Source: Candidatus Nealsonbacteria bacterium DGGOD1a
GTDB taxonomy: Bacteria > Patescibacteriota > Minisyncoccia > Minisyncoccales > UBA5738
Direction of reading: 5' to 3'
NCBI GenBank assembly: GCA_022530585.1
Contig: CP092821.1
Span: 326,222 to 390,221 of the forward strand
DNA length: 64,000 nucleotides
The notes under the pieces are model-generated. The model had not been told where the DNA came from, searched no databases, and saw only the letters and a program-made list of their open reading frames with translations. Made by a program: the position numbers and the translations under genes. Position 1 is the first letter of the stretch, and the number at the start of each line of letters is the position of its first letter. Of this stretch, positions 63,551-64,000 are shown piece after piece.

Positions 63551-64000
63551 ATGAATTGGAAACAACAGCTTTATGAGTATGAGACAAAAAAAGATTGGAA
63601 ATCCGCTATTGCTTATGCGGAACAGATAACTAAAGACTATCCCGAGGATGTTGATGTTTGGTTGAGTGTGATTTATTTACTATTCAATTGTATTTTGGAA
63701 GAAAGTTATGACATTATTAACCCCAACGAATTAACTTCATCATTGTTGAGATATTTTCAGTTTTCATATAAAAAATTTAAAAATAATCCGGAATATTTAT
63801 TTTTCGTCGGAACACTCGGCCATGTAGCCGAATGGTTATTCGGATATAGCGAAACTGATTTTGCTACTAAAATGATAAAGCACGGTCTTGAATTAGAACC
63901 AAATAATAGATTATTGATGTGGGAATACGAAATGACAAAAATAAACAATAATTTAAGTGAAGAAAAAAATAGCCTCGCCCTACAACGGGCACGTGAGATA
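63551..64000 (+). CDS. Probable cognate immunity protein (3' end beyond window)
   Basis: ATG is 9 nt after the RHS stop and the frame stays open to the window end (150 codons). AT-rich and helical-looking (MNWKQQLYEYETKKDWKSAIAYAEQ..). Not in the ORF track because no stop is reached. Confidence 0.45.
   Translation, partial: MNWKQQLYEYETKKDWKSAIAYAEQITKDYPEDVDVWLSVIYLLFNCILEESYDIINPNELTSSLLRYFQFSYKKFKNNPEYLFFVGTLGHVAEWLFGYSETDFATKMIKHGLELEPNNRLLMWEYEMTKINNNLSEEKNSLALQRAREI

Noticed and set aside
1-64000. tRNA, rRNA, transposase, integrase or prophage genes
   Set aside because: I scanned for T-arm-like GGTTCRANYCC motifs and for recombinase or transposase motifs. None was convincing. The mobile-looking content is limited to non-autonomous palindromic elements and single-gene inserts.

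Overview
This is a gene-dense 64-kb chromosomal window. GC is roughly mid-40s % judged by eye, the code is standard, and TGA is used as a stop. It looks like a small-genome anaerobic CPR/Patescibacteria (Parcubacteria-like) bacterium: many short membrane and hypothetical proteins, pilin-like/VWA and CAP surface proteins, O2-defence genes (desulfoferrodoxin, rubrerythrin) and no respiratory genes. Core genes are rsgA (5' partial), a csp, a DEAD-box helicase, a Pat-like acyl-CoA synthetase/acetyltransferase, a TetR regulator with an RND efflux pair, an rluA-family gene, a P-type ATPase, glyA, an RRM protein, a cyclophilin, mnmA, ftsZ, trxB, eno and gpmA. Accessory content comes in four blocks. 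(1) A type II R-M pair lies at 33.8-35.5 kb. (2) A RhuM/Fic gene is inserted into the 3' end of eno and has left a relic eno tail behind (40.9-42.05 kb). (3) A complete type V-A CRISPR-Cas locus spans 45.7-55.3 kb: cas12a-cas4-cas1-cas2, a 187-nt leader, and 50 identical 36-nt repeats with 49 spacers. (4) Immediately downstream is a 2566-aa SpvB/FG-GAP/RHS polymorphic toxin with five internal Ig-like repeats, a DPSGL-delimited C-terminal toxin module, and a probable immunity gene that runs off the window. Intergenic DNA carries at least three families of nested palindromic (REP/MITE-like) elements, and one copy sits between cas4 and cas1. I recognised no tRNA, rRNA, transposase or integrase gene. 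The headline system is the single-effector, RuvC-only CRISPR locus with no convincing tracrRNA. Its effector is unusually long (1490 aa) and keeps a TnpB-type CxxC...CxxC zinc ribbon. All motif calls come from reading the translations; no database search or computation was possible.
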